Shown here piece by piece: positions 1 to 8,874 of a stretch of DNA of 64,000 nucleotides (the stretch's first letter is position 1; every line of letters starts with the position of its first letter). A model generated the notes under the pieces. The model did not search any database and was not told the DNA's origin. It saw only the letters and a program-made list of their open reading frames with translations. The position numbers were made by a program, and so were the translations under genes. Source of the stretch: an uncultured Gammaproteobacteria bacterium (GTDB lineage: Bacteria > Patescibacteriota > Microgenomatia > Levybacterales > UBA12049); assembly GCA_964507055.1 (NCBI GenBank), contig CAZDOJ010000001.1, positions 1,170,050 to 1,234,049 of the forward strand. The letters are read 5' to 3'.

Positions 1-352
1 TTACTCGAGGAAGATGTCCAATTGTGAGGGGTTTTTGTGGTTTGTCATCAGGAATAAAAAGTGGTGAATCCTCTCTAACCTCTTTTTTAGCTGGTGCTTG
101 TACAACTTTAGGAATAAATACCACTGAAATATCGATACCACTTTGCTCAGAGAGTATTCTCTTGATATCTGCAGCGAATCTTTTCTGCAAAAGATCAATA
201 ATCATTGTTGATGGAACAGCAATTGTTGCAATGCTTTCTTCAAGCGATAAGAGGTATGTATTTTTAAAGAGGGTATGAAAATTAGCTTGAGAGACTTTTG
301 TCTTCATCTCATCCAATACAACATTCCATAATTCAGCATTTGTCTTACTCAT
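1..352 (-). CDS. dnaA: Chromosomal replication initiator DnaA, N-terminal part (C-terminus lies beyond window start)
   Basis: Hand translation of the minus strand from ATG at 352: MSKTNAELWNVVLDEMKTKVSQANFHTLFKNTYLLSLEESIATIAVPSTMIIDLLQKRFAADIKRILSEQSGIDISVVFIP... matches DnaA domain I plus linker. The frame continues past position 1 without a stop. This is a different frame from the listed ORF 1..198. It is divergent from rpmH-rnpA, the classic origin-region arrangement. Confidence 0.8.
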   Translation of the reverse strand, partial: MSKTNAELWNVVLDEMKTKVSQANFHTLFKNTYLLSLEESIATIAVPSTMIIDLLQKRFAADIKRILSEQSGIDISVVFIPKVVQAPAKKEVREDSPLFIPDDKPQKPLTIGHLPRV

Positions 353-372
353 TCCTGTTAGCTATTAAATAT

Positions 373-381
373 TGTGGATAA
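373..381. promoter_or_regulatory. Consensus DnaA box (TGTGGATAA = reverse complement of TTATCCACA) in the dnaA/rpmH divergent intergenic region
   Basis: Exact 9-mer tgtggataa read directly, ~20 nt upstream of the dnaA start codon. Consistent with DnaA autoregulation. Only one perfect box is seen in this spacer. Confidence 0.6.
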
Positions 382-506
382 CTTTTTGTCAAGGTCTAGT
401 TTGGTTATTAATACGAAGTAAAATGAAAAGATTTATTTTGGGGAATTTTGAAATAATCTGTAATTGTAATGGTCCATTGCAGTCAATTGTCAACTGATAA
501 GAGTTA

Positions 507-515
507 TGGTATACT
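507..515 (+). promoter_or_regulatory. Extended -10 element TGgTATACT, 7 nt upstream of the rpmH ATG (leaderless-type promoter)
   Basis: Sequence ...ttaTGgTATACTtaggctcATGgaa; no Shine-Dalgarno sequence. Same architecture as many other genes in the window. Confidence 0.5.
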
Positions 516-522
516 TAGGCTC

Positions 523-660
523 ATGGAAAAAATGAATCTCAAAGCAAGTAAGATTAAGCGCCGACGAAAGCACGGCTTTTTGACACGAATGAAGACGAAT
601 GATGGTCAGAAAATGATCAAACGACGAAGAGACCAAGGTCGAAAAACATTAGCAGTTTAA
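523..660 (+). CDS. rpmH: 50S ribosomal protein L34
   Basis: MEKMNLKASKIKRRRKHGFLTRMKTNDGQKMIKRRRDQGRKTLAV has the L34 signature KRRRKHGF...RRR..GRK.L. It lies inside listed ORF 469..660. The start at ATG 523 was chosen because it sits 7 nt after the extended -10; an alternative ATG is at 532. Confidence 0.85.
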   Translation: MEKMNLKASKIKRRRKHGFLTRMKTNDGQKMIKRRRDQGRKTLAV

Positions 661-667
661 TTACTTC

Positions 668-997
668 ATGCTCGCTCAATCTTATCGGTTACCCTCCACA
701 GTTCGGTTCTCACACGCAAAGTTTATAAAAACACCACTTTTTAGTGTGCGGTATGTATCAAATAATTCAGAAGTGAGTAGGTTTGGATTTGTTGTCAGAA
801 AGTCTATAGATAAACGATCTGTAAAGCGAAATAGGATCCGAAGAGTATTTCGATCATGTATTGAACAACAACTTGCAATAATTAAGCCTGGTTATGACAT
901 GCTTTTTTTTCTAGAAAAAGGTATAATGGACAAATCGCAAACAGATTTATGTCAAATACTACTGCAACCATTGGGAGAACGAAAACTTTTGAAGTAA
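668..997 (+). CDS. rnpA: Ribonuclease P protein component
   Basis: Conserved RnpA motif ...FGFVVRKSIDKRSVKRNRIRRVFRS... (the RNR motif). Starts 7 nt after rpmH, in the canonical rpmH-rnpA order. Confidence 0.9.
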   Translation: MLAQSYRLPSTVRFSHAKFIKTPLFSVRYVSNNSEVSRFGFVVRKSIDKRSVKRNRIRRVFRSCIEQQLAIIKPGYDMLFFLEKGIMDKSQTDLCQILLQPLGERKLLK

Positions 998-1203
998 GAA
1001 ACTTAGTAATATCGCTACTTGTTGGTTATCAGAAATTTGTGTCTCCCCTGCTCCATCAATTGCTTGGTTTGAAAACAGCTTGTCGCTCAGTTCCGACATG
1101 CTCAGAATACGCACAAGAATCAATTCGTACCCACGGAACAGTTAAAGGTATGATATTATCTGTACGTCGTCTTATAAACTGTCAACCATTTTTTACTATA
1201 TGA
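949..1203 (+). CDS. yidD: Membrane protein insertion efficiency factor YidD
   Basis: Hallmark YQKFVSP...CRSVPTCSEYA...HG..KG..L...RL..CQP. Overlaps the rnpA 3' end, as usual. True start uncertain; the N-terminal ~15 aa may not be translated. Confidence 0.8.
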   Translation: MSNTTATIGRTKTFEVRNLVISLLVGYQKFVSPLLHQLLGLKTACRSVPTCSEYAQESIRTHGTVKGMILSVRRLINCQPFFTI

Positions 1204-2021
1204 ATATCTTTGATGTAATATTTCTACAACCTCTTTTTAATGTCATTGTTGGTATTTACCAGCTTTTGACTTCAGCAGGCATTCCAAATGCCCTCGGATT
1301 CTCTATTATTATTTTGACTGTTCTTATTCGCTTTGTGCTTTTTCCATTCATGCAACAAAGTCTTAGACAACAGAAGAAGATGCAAGAGCTCATGCCTGAA
1401 ATTAATAAGTTGAAGGAAAAGTACAAAAACGATCCGAAGTCAATGCAGATGGAACAAATGGCTTTATTCCGAGCAAAAGGCGTAAATCCTGCTTCTGGGT
1501 GCTTCCTTCTCCTTTTACAATTACCAGTTTTAATTTCTCTTTATCATGTACTCCTTAAAGTTGTCCAAGTTAAAACACCGGCTGAAATAAACAATCTTTT
1601 GTATGTAGATTCTTTGAAACTTAACCATTTGTGGGATACAAACTTCTTCGGCTTGGCTATGGGTAAAACACCAGCAGAACTTATGACTCAATACGGCCCA
1701 GCTTTATTACTAGTTGCTATAGTTACTGGTTTGCTTCAATTCGTTCAATCGAAGATGATGATGGCTCGAAAAGCTGACCAACCAAAATCTACAAAAAAGA
1801 ATGGCGAACCAGACTTCGCATCTGTTTTTCAGACTCAAACCCTCTATCTTCTTCCAGTCTTTGTAGGGTTCTTTGCACACACGCTTCCATTTGGTCTATC
1901 TCTCTACTGGAATACTTTAACGATTTTTGGTATCATACAGCAGTACATGGTCTCAGGTTGGGGCGGCCTCGCTGATTGGCTTCCAGGACAGAAAAAGGTA
2001 CAAGAAAGCAAATATAAATAA
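1200..2021 (+). CDS. yidC: Membrane protein insertase YidC/Oxa1 (short form)
   Basis: Multi-TM protein with conserved ...ILTVLIRFVLFPF...Q.KMQ.L.PE...LKEKYK.D...MQ.E.M.L....G.NP..GC.L.L.Q.P... Position after rnpA/yidD. Confidence 0.9.
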   Translation: MNIFDVIFLQPLFNVIVGIYQLLTSAGIPNALGFSIIILTVLIRFVLFPFMQQSLRQQKKMQELMPEINKLKEKYKNDPKSMQMEQMALFRAKGVNPASGCFLLLLQLPVLISLYHVLLKVVQVKTPAEINNLLYVDSLKLNHLWDTNFFGLAMGKTPAELMTQYGPALLLVAIVTGLLQFVQSKMMMARKADQPKSTKKNGEPDFASVFQTQTLYLLPVFVGFFAHTLPFGLSLYWNTLTIFGIIQQYMVSGWGGLADWLPGQKKVQESKYK

Positions 2022-2022
2022 T

Positions 2023-2493
2023 ATGGAACCTATTAAACTTACATCTGAAGAAAGAAAAGAAGTTGAAGCTTTAATCGAAAAGCTTTTTGTTCTCCTTGAA
2101 ATCGAAGGCACATTCACTCTTGAAGAACATGAAGATATTCTTGATGTCTTGATGGAAACAAAAGACTCAGGAATGGTAATTGGATATCATGGTGAAGTCC
2201 TTGAATCACTTCAATTGGTTCTTTCATTAGCTGTAGCTAAAAAGTTGGGACGATTTGTTCGAGTTTCAATCGAAGTTGATGGTTACAAGAAGAATAGAAC
2301 CGAATACCTTCACAATCTAGCGATCCAAGTAAAAGAGAAAGCTCTCTCAGAAAATAAAGAACAAGTGCTCTCTTCCCTTAAATCATGGGAACGACGCATT
2401 GTTCATCTTTACCTCCAAAGTGATGAACAAGTCACCTCAGAGTCTGAAGGTGAAGGAAAAGAGCGCGTTCTCATTGTACGACCACGCGACTAA
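2023..2493 (+). CDS. jag: Jag/KhpB-like RNA-binding protein (KH + R3H domains)
   Basis: KH-like IGYHGEVLESLQLVL and R3H-like SWERRIVHLYLQ. Start placed at ATG 2023 directly after the yidC stop; the listed ORF 1927 start overlaps yidC. Canonical yidC-jag order. Confidence 0.8.
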   Translation: MEPIKLTSEERKEVEALIEKLFVLLEIEGTFTLEEHEDILDVLMETKDSGMVIGYHGEVLESLQLVLSLAVAKKLGRFVRVSIEVDGYKKNRTEYLHNLAIQVKEKALSENKEQVLSSLKSWERRIVHLYLQSDEQVTSESEGEGKERVLIVRPRD

Positions 2494-3805
2494 GATTGAA
2501 TCTGTCCTCCTTGCCCTTCTCTTTCTTTTACTTCCCACACAACTCGGAAAACATTTTTGGCCGCAATTCTCATTGGTTGAGGGAATCCGTGTCGATTATC
2601 TTTCCCCTACTCTTTATGTGACAGATCTGCTTAGCGGATTACTTTTTTTCTTTTTTATCCTTCGCTTTGGTCGATCATTGTTTGTCTTCTTCTTGGGAAA
2701 TGCAAAAAGAGTAATTGTTTCGGTCGTAATTATAAGTTTTCTCTTGCTCAATGTTTTGCATGCTGAAAGAGTTAGTGTAAGTCTCTATTATTTGATTAAG
2801 CTTCTTGAGTTCTCATTTATTGGATTGTACATAGCGATCAATATTCAAAGACAAACACAACTATCACTTCTAGCACTTCTCTTTGTTGTTTCTACCTTTT
2901 TCCAGTCTCTCCTTGCGATTCTCCAATATCTTCAACAGGGATCACTGAACGGCTGGCTCTACTTCTTCGGGGAACGGATGTTTACTGGCTCAACACCTGG
3001 AATCGCAAATGCTGCAATCAATGGCGAATTAATACTTCGTCCGTATGGAACATTTCCTCATCCCAATGTCCTTGCTGGATACTTACTTCTCAGTCTTATT
3101 ATTATCTATTTCTTTCTTGTCCGTAGAGCTCGTGGGTTTATTAGAGCTTTTAGTATCTTTGTTCTCTGTTTCAGCAGTCTGGCACTGCTTTTGAGTTTAA
3201 GTCGAGTGGTTATCGGACTGTGGGTTTTGTTCCTAGCCTCCGTCCTTTTCTATCAGGTTTTTGTACGTCTTCGGACAGTGCATACAATTGTTATTGGGCT
3301 AATGTTTCTCATTCTTGGAGTTATTTTTGTAATTTTTTCTCCACTCGGTCAAACTCTAAGTTCTCGCTTTTTTCAAACATCGCTCCTTGAAGAATCGCTT
3401 GTTCAAAGGACTGAGCTTGTGCATCATTCATTAGCTATTATTCAAAATAATTTTGTTCTTGGAGTTGGTATGGGAAATTTCATACCAGCCCTCTCACCTC
3501 TTCAAGATCCACTTTCAATCGGTCTCTATCTCCAACCAGTCCATAATATTTATTTACTCCTTACTGCCGAAACTGGATTAATTGGGCTTATGGGTTTTCT
3601 TCTCTTCCTTTTTGTCACCTATCGTCACTTGGTTTTACAAATTCGTCAGACTCCCCTCTTTCGCACTGAATTTCTGGTGACCACTCTCCTGCTTTCAACT
3701 ATTTTAATGATCGGATTTTTTGACCATTACTTCATCTCGTTGCAGCAAGGGCAACTCCTTTTTGCAGCTATTCTTGGACTTTGCTGGATAAAACTTCGCG
3801 ACTAA
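2399..3805 (+). CDS. O-antigen ligase family (Wzy_C) polytopic membrane protein
   Basis: About 10 predicted TM helices. Conserved ...PTQLGKHFWP...IDYLSPTLY..D... N-terminus and ...GSTPGIANAAINGELILRPYGTFPHPNVLAGYL... loop typical of Wzy_C/RfaL-like proteins. Start uncertain (ATG 2399 or 2423); both overlap the jag 3' end. Confidence 0.7.
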   Translation: MFIFTSKVMNKSPQSLKVKEKSAFSLYDHATKIESVLLALLFLLLPTQLGKHFWPQFSLVEGIRVDYLSPTLYVTDLLSGLLFFFFILRFGRSLFVFFLGNAKRVIVSVVIISFLLLNVLHAERVSVSLYYLIKLLEFSFIGLYIAINIQRQTQLSLLALLFVVSTFFQSLLAILQYLQQGSLNGWLYFFGERMFTGSTPGIANAAINGELILRPYGTFPHPNVLAGYLLLSLIIIYFFLVRRARGFIRAFSIFVLCFSSLALLLSLSRVVIGLWVLFLASVLFYQVFVRLRTVHTIVIGLMFLILGVIFVIFSPLGQTLSSRFFQTSLLEESLVQRTELVHHSLAIIQNNFVLGVGMGNFIPALSPLQDPLSIGLYLQPVHNIYLLLTAETGLIGLMGFLLFLFVTYRHLVLQIRQTPLFRTEFLVTTLLLSTILMIGFFDHYFISLQQGQLLFAAILGLCWIKLRD

Positions 3806-3825
3806 TCCCTTGTTATAATGACTTT

Positions 3826-4350
3826 ATGCAATTGGTCCTTCCGTCAGAAAAATACAAAAATAGCTTTCTCCAAGCGTTGCAAGAATACCATGAGATTGAT
3901 GCCGATGATCGATTGGATATCTATGAATTGTCAGTCAAAGACTTAAAGACCGATTTCAAGTCATACATTAAGCATCTGCTTGCAGAATCCGAAGGCAAAC
4001 ATCTTCCCAAAGGTTATGTCCCACAAACAACATACTGGTTAATTGATGGAGATGTATTTATTGGACGTGTTTCCATAAGGCATCAGTTGACACAACATCT
4101 GTTACGGGAAGGCGGACACATTGGCTATGATATACGTCCTTCAAAGAGGATGATGGGTTATGGGAAAAAAGTTTTGGAATTGTCTTTACCAAAAGTAAAA
4201 GAGTTAGGAATTGATAAAGCTTTAGTTACTTGTAATGAAACCAACATTGGTTCCAAAAAGATCATTGAAGCAAATGGTGGAGTTTTGGAAAACAGTGTTG
4301 CGATGGGAAAAGGAAAACCGAATAAGCTCCGATACTGGATTGCTCTTTAA
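3826..4350 (+). CDS. GNAT family N-acetyltransferase
   Basis: ...GRVSIRHQLTQHLLREGGHIGYDIRPSKRMMGYGKKVLELSL... acetyl-CoA-binding motif. ATG 3826 follows the preceding gene's stop at 3805. The listed ORF start 3781 is a TTG overlapping the upstream gene. Confidence 0.75.
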   Translation: MQLVLPSEKYKNSFLQALQEYHEIDADDRLDIYELSVKDLKTDFKSYIKHLLAESEGKHLPKGYVPQTTYWLIDGDVFIGRVSIRHQLTQHLLREGGHIGYDIRPSKRMMGYGKKVLELSLPKVKELGIDKALVTCNETNIGSKKIIEANGGVLENSVAMGKGKPNKLRYWIAL

Positions 4351-4507
4351 TCGAATTATCAAACCGGATATTGTCTACGATAAAAATGAAATGGATGGTT
4401 ATAAATGGTTTACTTTTGAAGAGCTCCGACGTCTAAACCATCAACTGCAAGATCCTCATATTGTTCGGTTTATCAGAAAACTGCAGACGATACTTTTCCC
4501 TAAATAA
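4351..4507 (+). pseudogene. Possible C-terminal remnant of a NUDIX-like gene (frame differs from the GNAT CDS)
   Basis: Translation ...IIKPDIVYDKNEMDGYKWFTFEELRRLNHQLQDPHIVRFIRKL resembles a Nudix C-terminal helix (E..W....EL). No credible start or N-terminal Nudix box. Only the 3' part of listed ORF 4235..4507 lies beyond the GNAT stop. Confidence 0.25.
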
Positions 4508-4895
4508 CTCTAATTCTCGGAGAAAATAGATTTGACTCATGCAATTGTCTTTAGGAAATTCTTCTATCGATTCTGCAAGAGAAAGCTCATTTGAAACTTC
4601 GGGAATGAACGCTCATAGCATAAAAATTAGTTTTCATAGTCCCCTTTCACAGAGTTCCAGTTGATGCATCTGAAAAATCCGCGAACATCCGAAAACAAGA
4701 ATTATATTCTTATTTTTTTCATTTTCTGGATGTTACAGTAAATACCGCTTTTTTACGAAAAATACACGAGCAGTGAACTCAAAATTATATGAGTTAGACT
4801 TCTCCAATACGCCTGAAAGTTGTTCTCACAGTCAAAAAAGTTGACTAGTAATCACGTTTCTACAGAAGAGTTCTGTGCAATGTCACATGCGTTTT

Positions 4896-4924
4896 TTGCA
4901 AGCTGGGATGCGGTAGTATATTAT
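4896..4924 (+). promoter_or_regulatory. Sigma70-type promoter TTGCAA-17-TATTAT, 8 nt upstream of the DUF4012 gene ATG (leaderless)
   Basis: ttTTGCAAgctgggatgcggtagtaTATTATtaaagaacATG; no SD. Confidence 0.5.
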
Positions 4925-4932
4925 TAAAGAAC

Positions 4933-7620
4933 ATGGATCAGAATCATCCTAGGGTTACAACAGAGAAGCTCATCCAACTCCCCATCCTCATTATTGATAA
5001 GAAAGGGATGATTGGTGACGCTTTACAAAAAAAACTTCGGGAGCAACTACTTACTGTTTTTGTAACCTCCTCTTCTCTTGATTCTCACGATAACCTTATC
5101 GGAGTGTCGTGGAGAAAGCGGTTGCCTACAGTTCCTGACAATATGTATTCTCATATCTTTGTGGTTTATAACGGAGAAAAAGAGATTCTGGATATGCTTC
5201 CAGGGTTCGTTCAGAAAGCTCGTGAATCAAAAGGAAAAGTTATTTTTATCACTTCCCTCCCCGCGAGCTCCATAAAACTTTTTGCATATCTGCAGCATCA
5301 AGGGTTTCAGGATGTCCAAATTGTTCTTTACGGGGAAACCTTCGGTCCACAAAGTACAGATGTGAATGAAATGAATTTTCTTTTGAATCAGGTAAAAACC
5401 TATGGTCGAATAGAATTAACCAATGCAGGACTCGATACGCTCTACCCTATCTTAATCGAAGATGTTATCCGAGTGATTCAAGCAACAGCATTTGCAAACC
5501 AATACAGTCATAGAATAGTTTTTGCATTCCCCCATCATCCTTTCTCACAAATTTCAATTGCACGCATCCTTCAAAAGCTCGATCCACTATTAAAAACTGA
5601 TTATAAAAAGGGAAAACATGTCGCCCGAGAATACTACATTCCACAAGGTGGCGTGTACTATTTCCAGGATTATGATATTGAAGGCAAATTGCGAACCATT
5701 GATCTTACTCGGACTGGCAGTCGAAATCATGTGCCCCAGAAAAAAGCAAAACTTCACCTTCCAGATCCTGAAGCAAGCCGAAAACGGCTAATCCTTGTTG
5801 GTACCTTACTCAGCTCTTTATTTATTGCACCAATTGTTATTACACTCTTTTTTATGGGCTTAGGTGCAGGATTTCTTACGCTCTCTTTCTCTCAAGCGGA
5901 ACAAGGAAAGTTTGATAGGGCAGAGCAGACTGCTTCAATTGCACAATCATCCTTTCATGCTGCAAATGAACTGCTTCCAGGATTAGTCCTTATTTCAGCA
6001 ATTGCTCCAACCCAGCATGCACAGCTCCAAAATACAGTCACAGTGGGGGAGGAAGTTTCAGAAGCTGAAGGTGAGATTCTCCATGCACTCGTCATAATGA
6101 AAAATATATACGAGAAAAAAAGTCTTGATCCAAAGAATGATTTTTATCGTGCACTGGCGACTGTCAAAAATACTTTAATCACAGTGCAGAAGATGGAGGC
6201 AGAGGAGCAGCTGCCGGTACCAGTACTCGATCTGTTAAAGAAATATAATGGCGTTTTGCAGCTTGTTGAAGGAACTATCGATACTTGGCCCTCTCTCTTA
6301 GGTTTTGAAGGGAAGAGAACATACTTGCTCTTGTTCCAAAATAATATGGAGCTTCGTCCCGGTGGGGGATTCATCGGTTCATATGGCATTGTCACTCTGC
6401 AGAATGGGCAAATGGATAAAATACAAATTAATGATGTCTATGATGCAGATGGACAATTGAAACAAAAGATTGAGCCACCGTATGGTTTAAAACGATACCT
6501 CGGTGCGAGCAATTGGTTTTTGCGAGATAGTAACTTTGATGTTGACTATCCAAGGAATGCTGTCCAAGCAGCACAGTTTCTCAAACTAGAGACAGGACAA
6601 AATGTTGATGGCGTTATCGCAATTGATACGACTTTTCTAAAGGATATTATTGGTGCACTTGGCTCTGTTACCGTTCCTGATTACGAAGAGACCGTAACAG
6701 CGGATACCTTTTATTTGATGACACAAAATCATGCTGAAAAAGATTTCTTTCCAGGATCTCGCCAGAAGAAGGATTTCCTCCGAAGCCTTTCAAATGCATT
6801 AATGATTGAGATCTTTGAGAAAAAGAACTTCTCCTATGAAAAAATGCTTTTGACCATAGAATCTTCAATACGCCAAAAACACTTGCTTATGGCATTCTCA
6901 GATGAAGGAACGCAGACAGTGTTCTCAGTTAATGGACTTTCTTCAACGGTTAAAGATGGTCGAGTAGGGGAGAAAAATACATTTCTTGATTTCTTTGGTG
7001 TTGTCGATGCAAATGTCGGGACAAATAAGTCAAATTATTATTTGAAACGCTCAATGATCCAACAAGTTGCTTTCGATGGTGCTGGTGGGCTTCAAGTGAC
7101 TGCAGAAGTGTCATATGTGAATGCCAGTAAGCAAGGAAGTCTTTATGGAGGAAATTACAATAACTTTGTGAGATTCCTTATTCCGCAAGAAGCGGTATTG
7201 CAAGATATCGCTCTTGATAATGTATCAAGAGAAACAATTCCTGCTATAACGGATTCATCCATATATAGAGATGAAGCTTTTATTCAGCCACGTGGACTAG
7301 AGGTTGAACAAACAGAAGTATTGGGCAAGAAATCAATTGGTTTCTTCTTCATCGTACCTCCTGGACAATCAAAGACCGTAAAACTAACCTATACAATTCC
7401 AGATGCAGTTAACCTAAGAGATTCGTCATTTAAATACAATATGCGATTATTCAAGCAACCTGGAGCAGGGGAAGATCCTTATACATTATATATAACCTAT
7501 CCTAGTGGATTTAAACCAATAGCAGGGGAGAATGCTGCAATGGATTTAGGAGGGAAGCTCGTCTACGATATTAAATTTAATAAGGATACAGACTTAAGTA
7601 TAGGTTTCTCAAAGAGGTAA
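4933..7620 (+). CDS. Membrane-anchored DUF4012 domain protein with an N-terminal degenerate Rossmann-like domain
   Basis: Residues ~470-700 carry the DUF4012 signature ...LLLFQNNMELRPGGGFIGSYG...DADGQL.....PPYGL..YLGASNWFLRDSNFDVDYP... A single TM helix lies at ~aa 300 (LILVGTLLSSLFIAPIVITLFFMGLGAGFL). The N-terminal ~290 aa (ILIIDKKGMIGDALQKKL...VIFITSLPAS...YGETFGP) resemble a degenerate NAD-dependent epimerase fold lacking the Gly motif. Confidence 0.75.
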   Translation: MDQNHPRVTTEKLIQLPILIIDKKGMIGDALQKKLREQLLTVFVTSSSLDSHDNLIGVSWRKRLPTVPDNMYSHIFVVYNGEKEILDMLPGFVQKARESKGKVIFITSLPASSIKLFAYLQHQGFQDVQIVLYGETFGPQSTDVNEMNFLLNQVKTYGRIELTNAGLDTLYPILIEDVIRVIQATAFANQYSHRIVFAFPHHPFSQISIARILQKLDPLLKTDYKKGKHVAREYYIPQGGVYYFQDYDIEGKLRTIDLTRTGSRNHVPQKKAKLHLPDPEASRKRLILVGTLLSSLFIAPIVITLFFMGLGAGFLTLSFSQAEQGKFDRAEQTASIAQSSFHAANELLPGLVLISAIAPTQHAQLQNTVTVGEEVSEAEGEILHALVIMKNIYEKKSLDPKNDFYRALATVKNTLITVQKMEAEEQLPVPVLDLLKKYNGVLQLVEGTIDTWPSLLGFEGKRTYLLLFQNNMELRPGGGFIGSYGIVTLQNGQMDKIQINDVYDADGQLKQKIEPPYGLKRYLGASNWFLRDSNFDVDYPRNAVQAAQFLKLETGQNVDGVIAIDTTFLKDIIGALGSVTVPDYEETVTADTFYLMTQNHAEKDFFPGSRQKKDFLRSLSNALMIEIFEKKNFSYEKMLLTIESSIRQKHLLMAFSDEGTQTVFSVNGLSSTVKDGRVGEKNTFLDFFGVVDANVGTNKSNYYLKRSMIQQVAFDGAGGLQVTAEVSYVNASKQGSLYGGNYNNFVRFLIPQEAVLQDIALDNVSRETIPAITDSSIYRDEAFIQPRGLEVEQTEVLGKKSIGFFFIVPPGQSKTVKLTYTIPDAVNLRDSSFKYNMRLFKQPGAGEDPYTLYITYPSGFKPIAGENAAMDLGGKLVYDIKFNKDTDLSIGFSKR

Positions 7621-7621
7621 A

Positions 7622-8788
7622 CTACTTCAATGCTTCAATTCCTGGAAGACTTCCGTTTTCGATAAATTCAAGCATGGCACCCCCGCCTGTAGAAATATGA
7701 GTAATCTTTTCAAGATATTCTTTTTTTGCAAGTGCTGCTAAAGTATCTCCTCCACCAACGACAGAGATAGCATCGTCATTTTGTGTAATTGCGTAATAGA
7801 GAAAATCTGTACCTCTTTTAAATTCTTGATTCTCGATATATCCGACAGGACCGTTCCAGATAATTGTTTTTGCTTCATTAATAATAGCTCCAAAGTCTGC
7901 TTGCGTCTCCGGACCGATATCCAGTGCTAAATCCTTTGCTGCGAGACTTTCAACTTTCTTCACTTCACTTTCTTCGCTATCAAGGTCATCTCCAACGACA
8001 ACATCCTGTGGGATAAGTAATTGTGTTTGTTCTTTCTTAGCATGAGCAAGTAATTTTTTCGCGAGTGCTACATCTTCTGACGAAACAAGACTCTTTCCCG
8101 TTTTTAAGCCATCTGCAGCGAGGAAGGTATTTGCTAAGCCTCCACCAAGGATTACGTAATCAGCAACGCTTGTGAGTTTTTTGATAACTTTGATCTTTGT
8201 TGCAATCTTCTTTCCACCAATAATTGCGACAAATGGCTTTTTGGGATGCTTCATTACTTTATCAAGAATACTCACTTCTTTTTTCATAAGAAGCCCACCA
8301 TAAGAAGGGAGAACTGTTGGCAATCCCACGACAGAAATAGATTTTCTGTGGGATACTCCAAATCCATCATTTACATATGCATCTCCATAAGAAGCTAGTT
8401 GTTTGAGGAATTCAGGATCATTAGCTTTTTCTCCTGGATAGAATCGAATGTTTTCAAGCAGGATGACTTCATGCTCTTTTTGATTCTTTAACTGAGAATC
8501 ATCTTTCTGGAAATCATCTACTAATACTACTTTATAATCTGGGATATATTCACGGAGACGTTTTGCAACCGGAGCAAGTGAGTCTGCTGCATTTCGTTTC
8601 TCTGGATCTCCCAAATGTGCCATGAGGATAAGTTTATTTTTCTTTTTTAGGAGATGTTCAATTGTAGGAATGGATTGTTTAATTCGGACGTCATCGGCAA
8701 TTGATTGATTGGGGTTAAGCGTGACGTTAAAGTCTACTCGGAGAAGAATTGTCTTATTAGTTAAATCGACTTCGTCAATATACTTCAT
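7622..8788 (-). CDS. pgk: Phosphoglycerate kinase
   Basis: Full-length PGK: ...ILLRVDFNV...; ...YVNDGFGVSHR...; ...GGGAMLEF... Convergent with the DUF4012 gene, 1-nt gap. Confidence 0.95.
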   Translation of the reverse strand: MKYIDEVDLTNKTILLRVDFNVTLNPNQSIADDVRIKQSIPTIEHLLKKKNKLILMAHLGDPEKRNAADSLAPVAKRLREYIPDYKVVLVDDFQKDDSQLKNQKEHEVILLENIRFYPGEKANDPEFLKQLASYGDAYVNDGFGVSHRKSISVVGLPTVLPSYGGLLMKKEVSILDKVMKHPKKPFVAIIGGKKIATKIKVIKKLTSVADYVILGGGLANTFLAADGLKTGKSLVSSEDVALAKKLLAHAKKEQTQLLIPQDVVVGDDLDSEESEVKKVESLAAKDLALDIGPETQADFGAIINEAKTIIWNGPVGYIENQEFKRGTDFLYYAITQNDDAISVVGGGDTLAALAKKEYLEKITHISTGGGAMLEFIENGSLPGIEALK

Positions 8789-8839
8789 AGAATCTCATCT
8801 ACAGTATAACACTATTTGATAGTTTGCAAGTCCTTGGAT

Positions 8840-8868
8840 TTGCTAAATTAAGATAAAATCTATACAAT
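8840..8868 (+). promoter_or_regulatory. Promoter TTGCTA-17-TACAAT, 6 nt upstream of the ATG at 8875 (leaderless)
   Basis: tTTGCTAaattaagataaaatctaTACAATacacccATG. pgk on the opposite strand has TGtTATACT 14 nt from its ATG. This is a back-to-back divergent promoter region. Confidence 0.5.
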
Positions 8869-8874
8869 ACACCC

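Noticed and set aside
1-278. Listed ORFs 1..198 (-) and 24..278 (+)
   Set aside because: The real coding frame here is the dnaA N-terminus in a different minus-strand frame (MSKTNAELWN...). These two ORFs are out-of-frame or antisense to it.
4697-4720. AT-rich hairpin aagaat-tat-attctt followed by atttttttc in the 4508-4932 gap
   Set aside because: Only one G-C pair in the stem and ~190 nt from the nearest upstream gene end. A marginal terminator at best.
4508-4932. 425-bp non-coding gap, inspected for a structured RNA (tmRNA, SRP RNA, 6S, riboswitch)
   Set aside because: No tRNA-like 3' end, no conserved SRP apical motif or other recognisable hallmark. It would need a covariance-model search.
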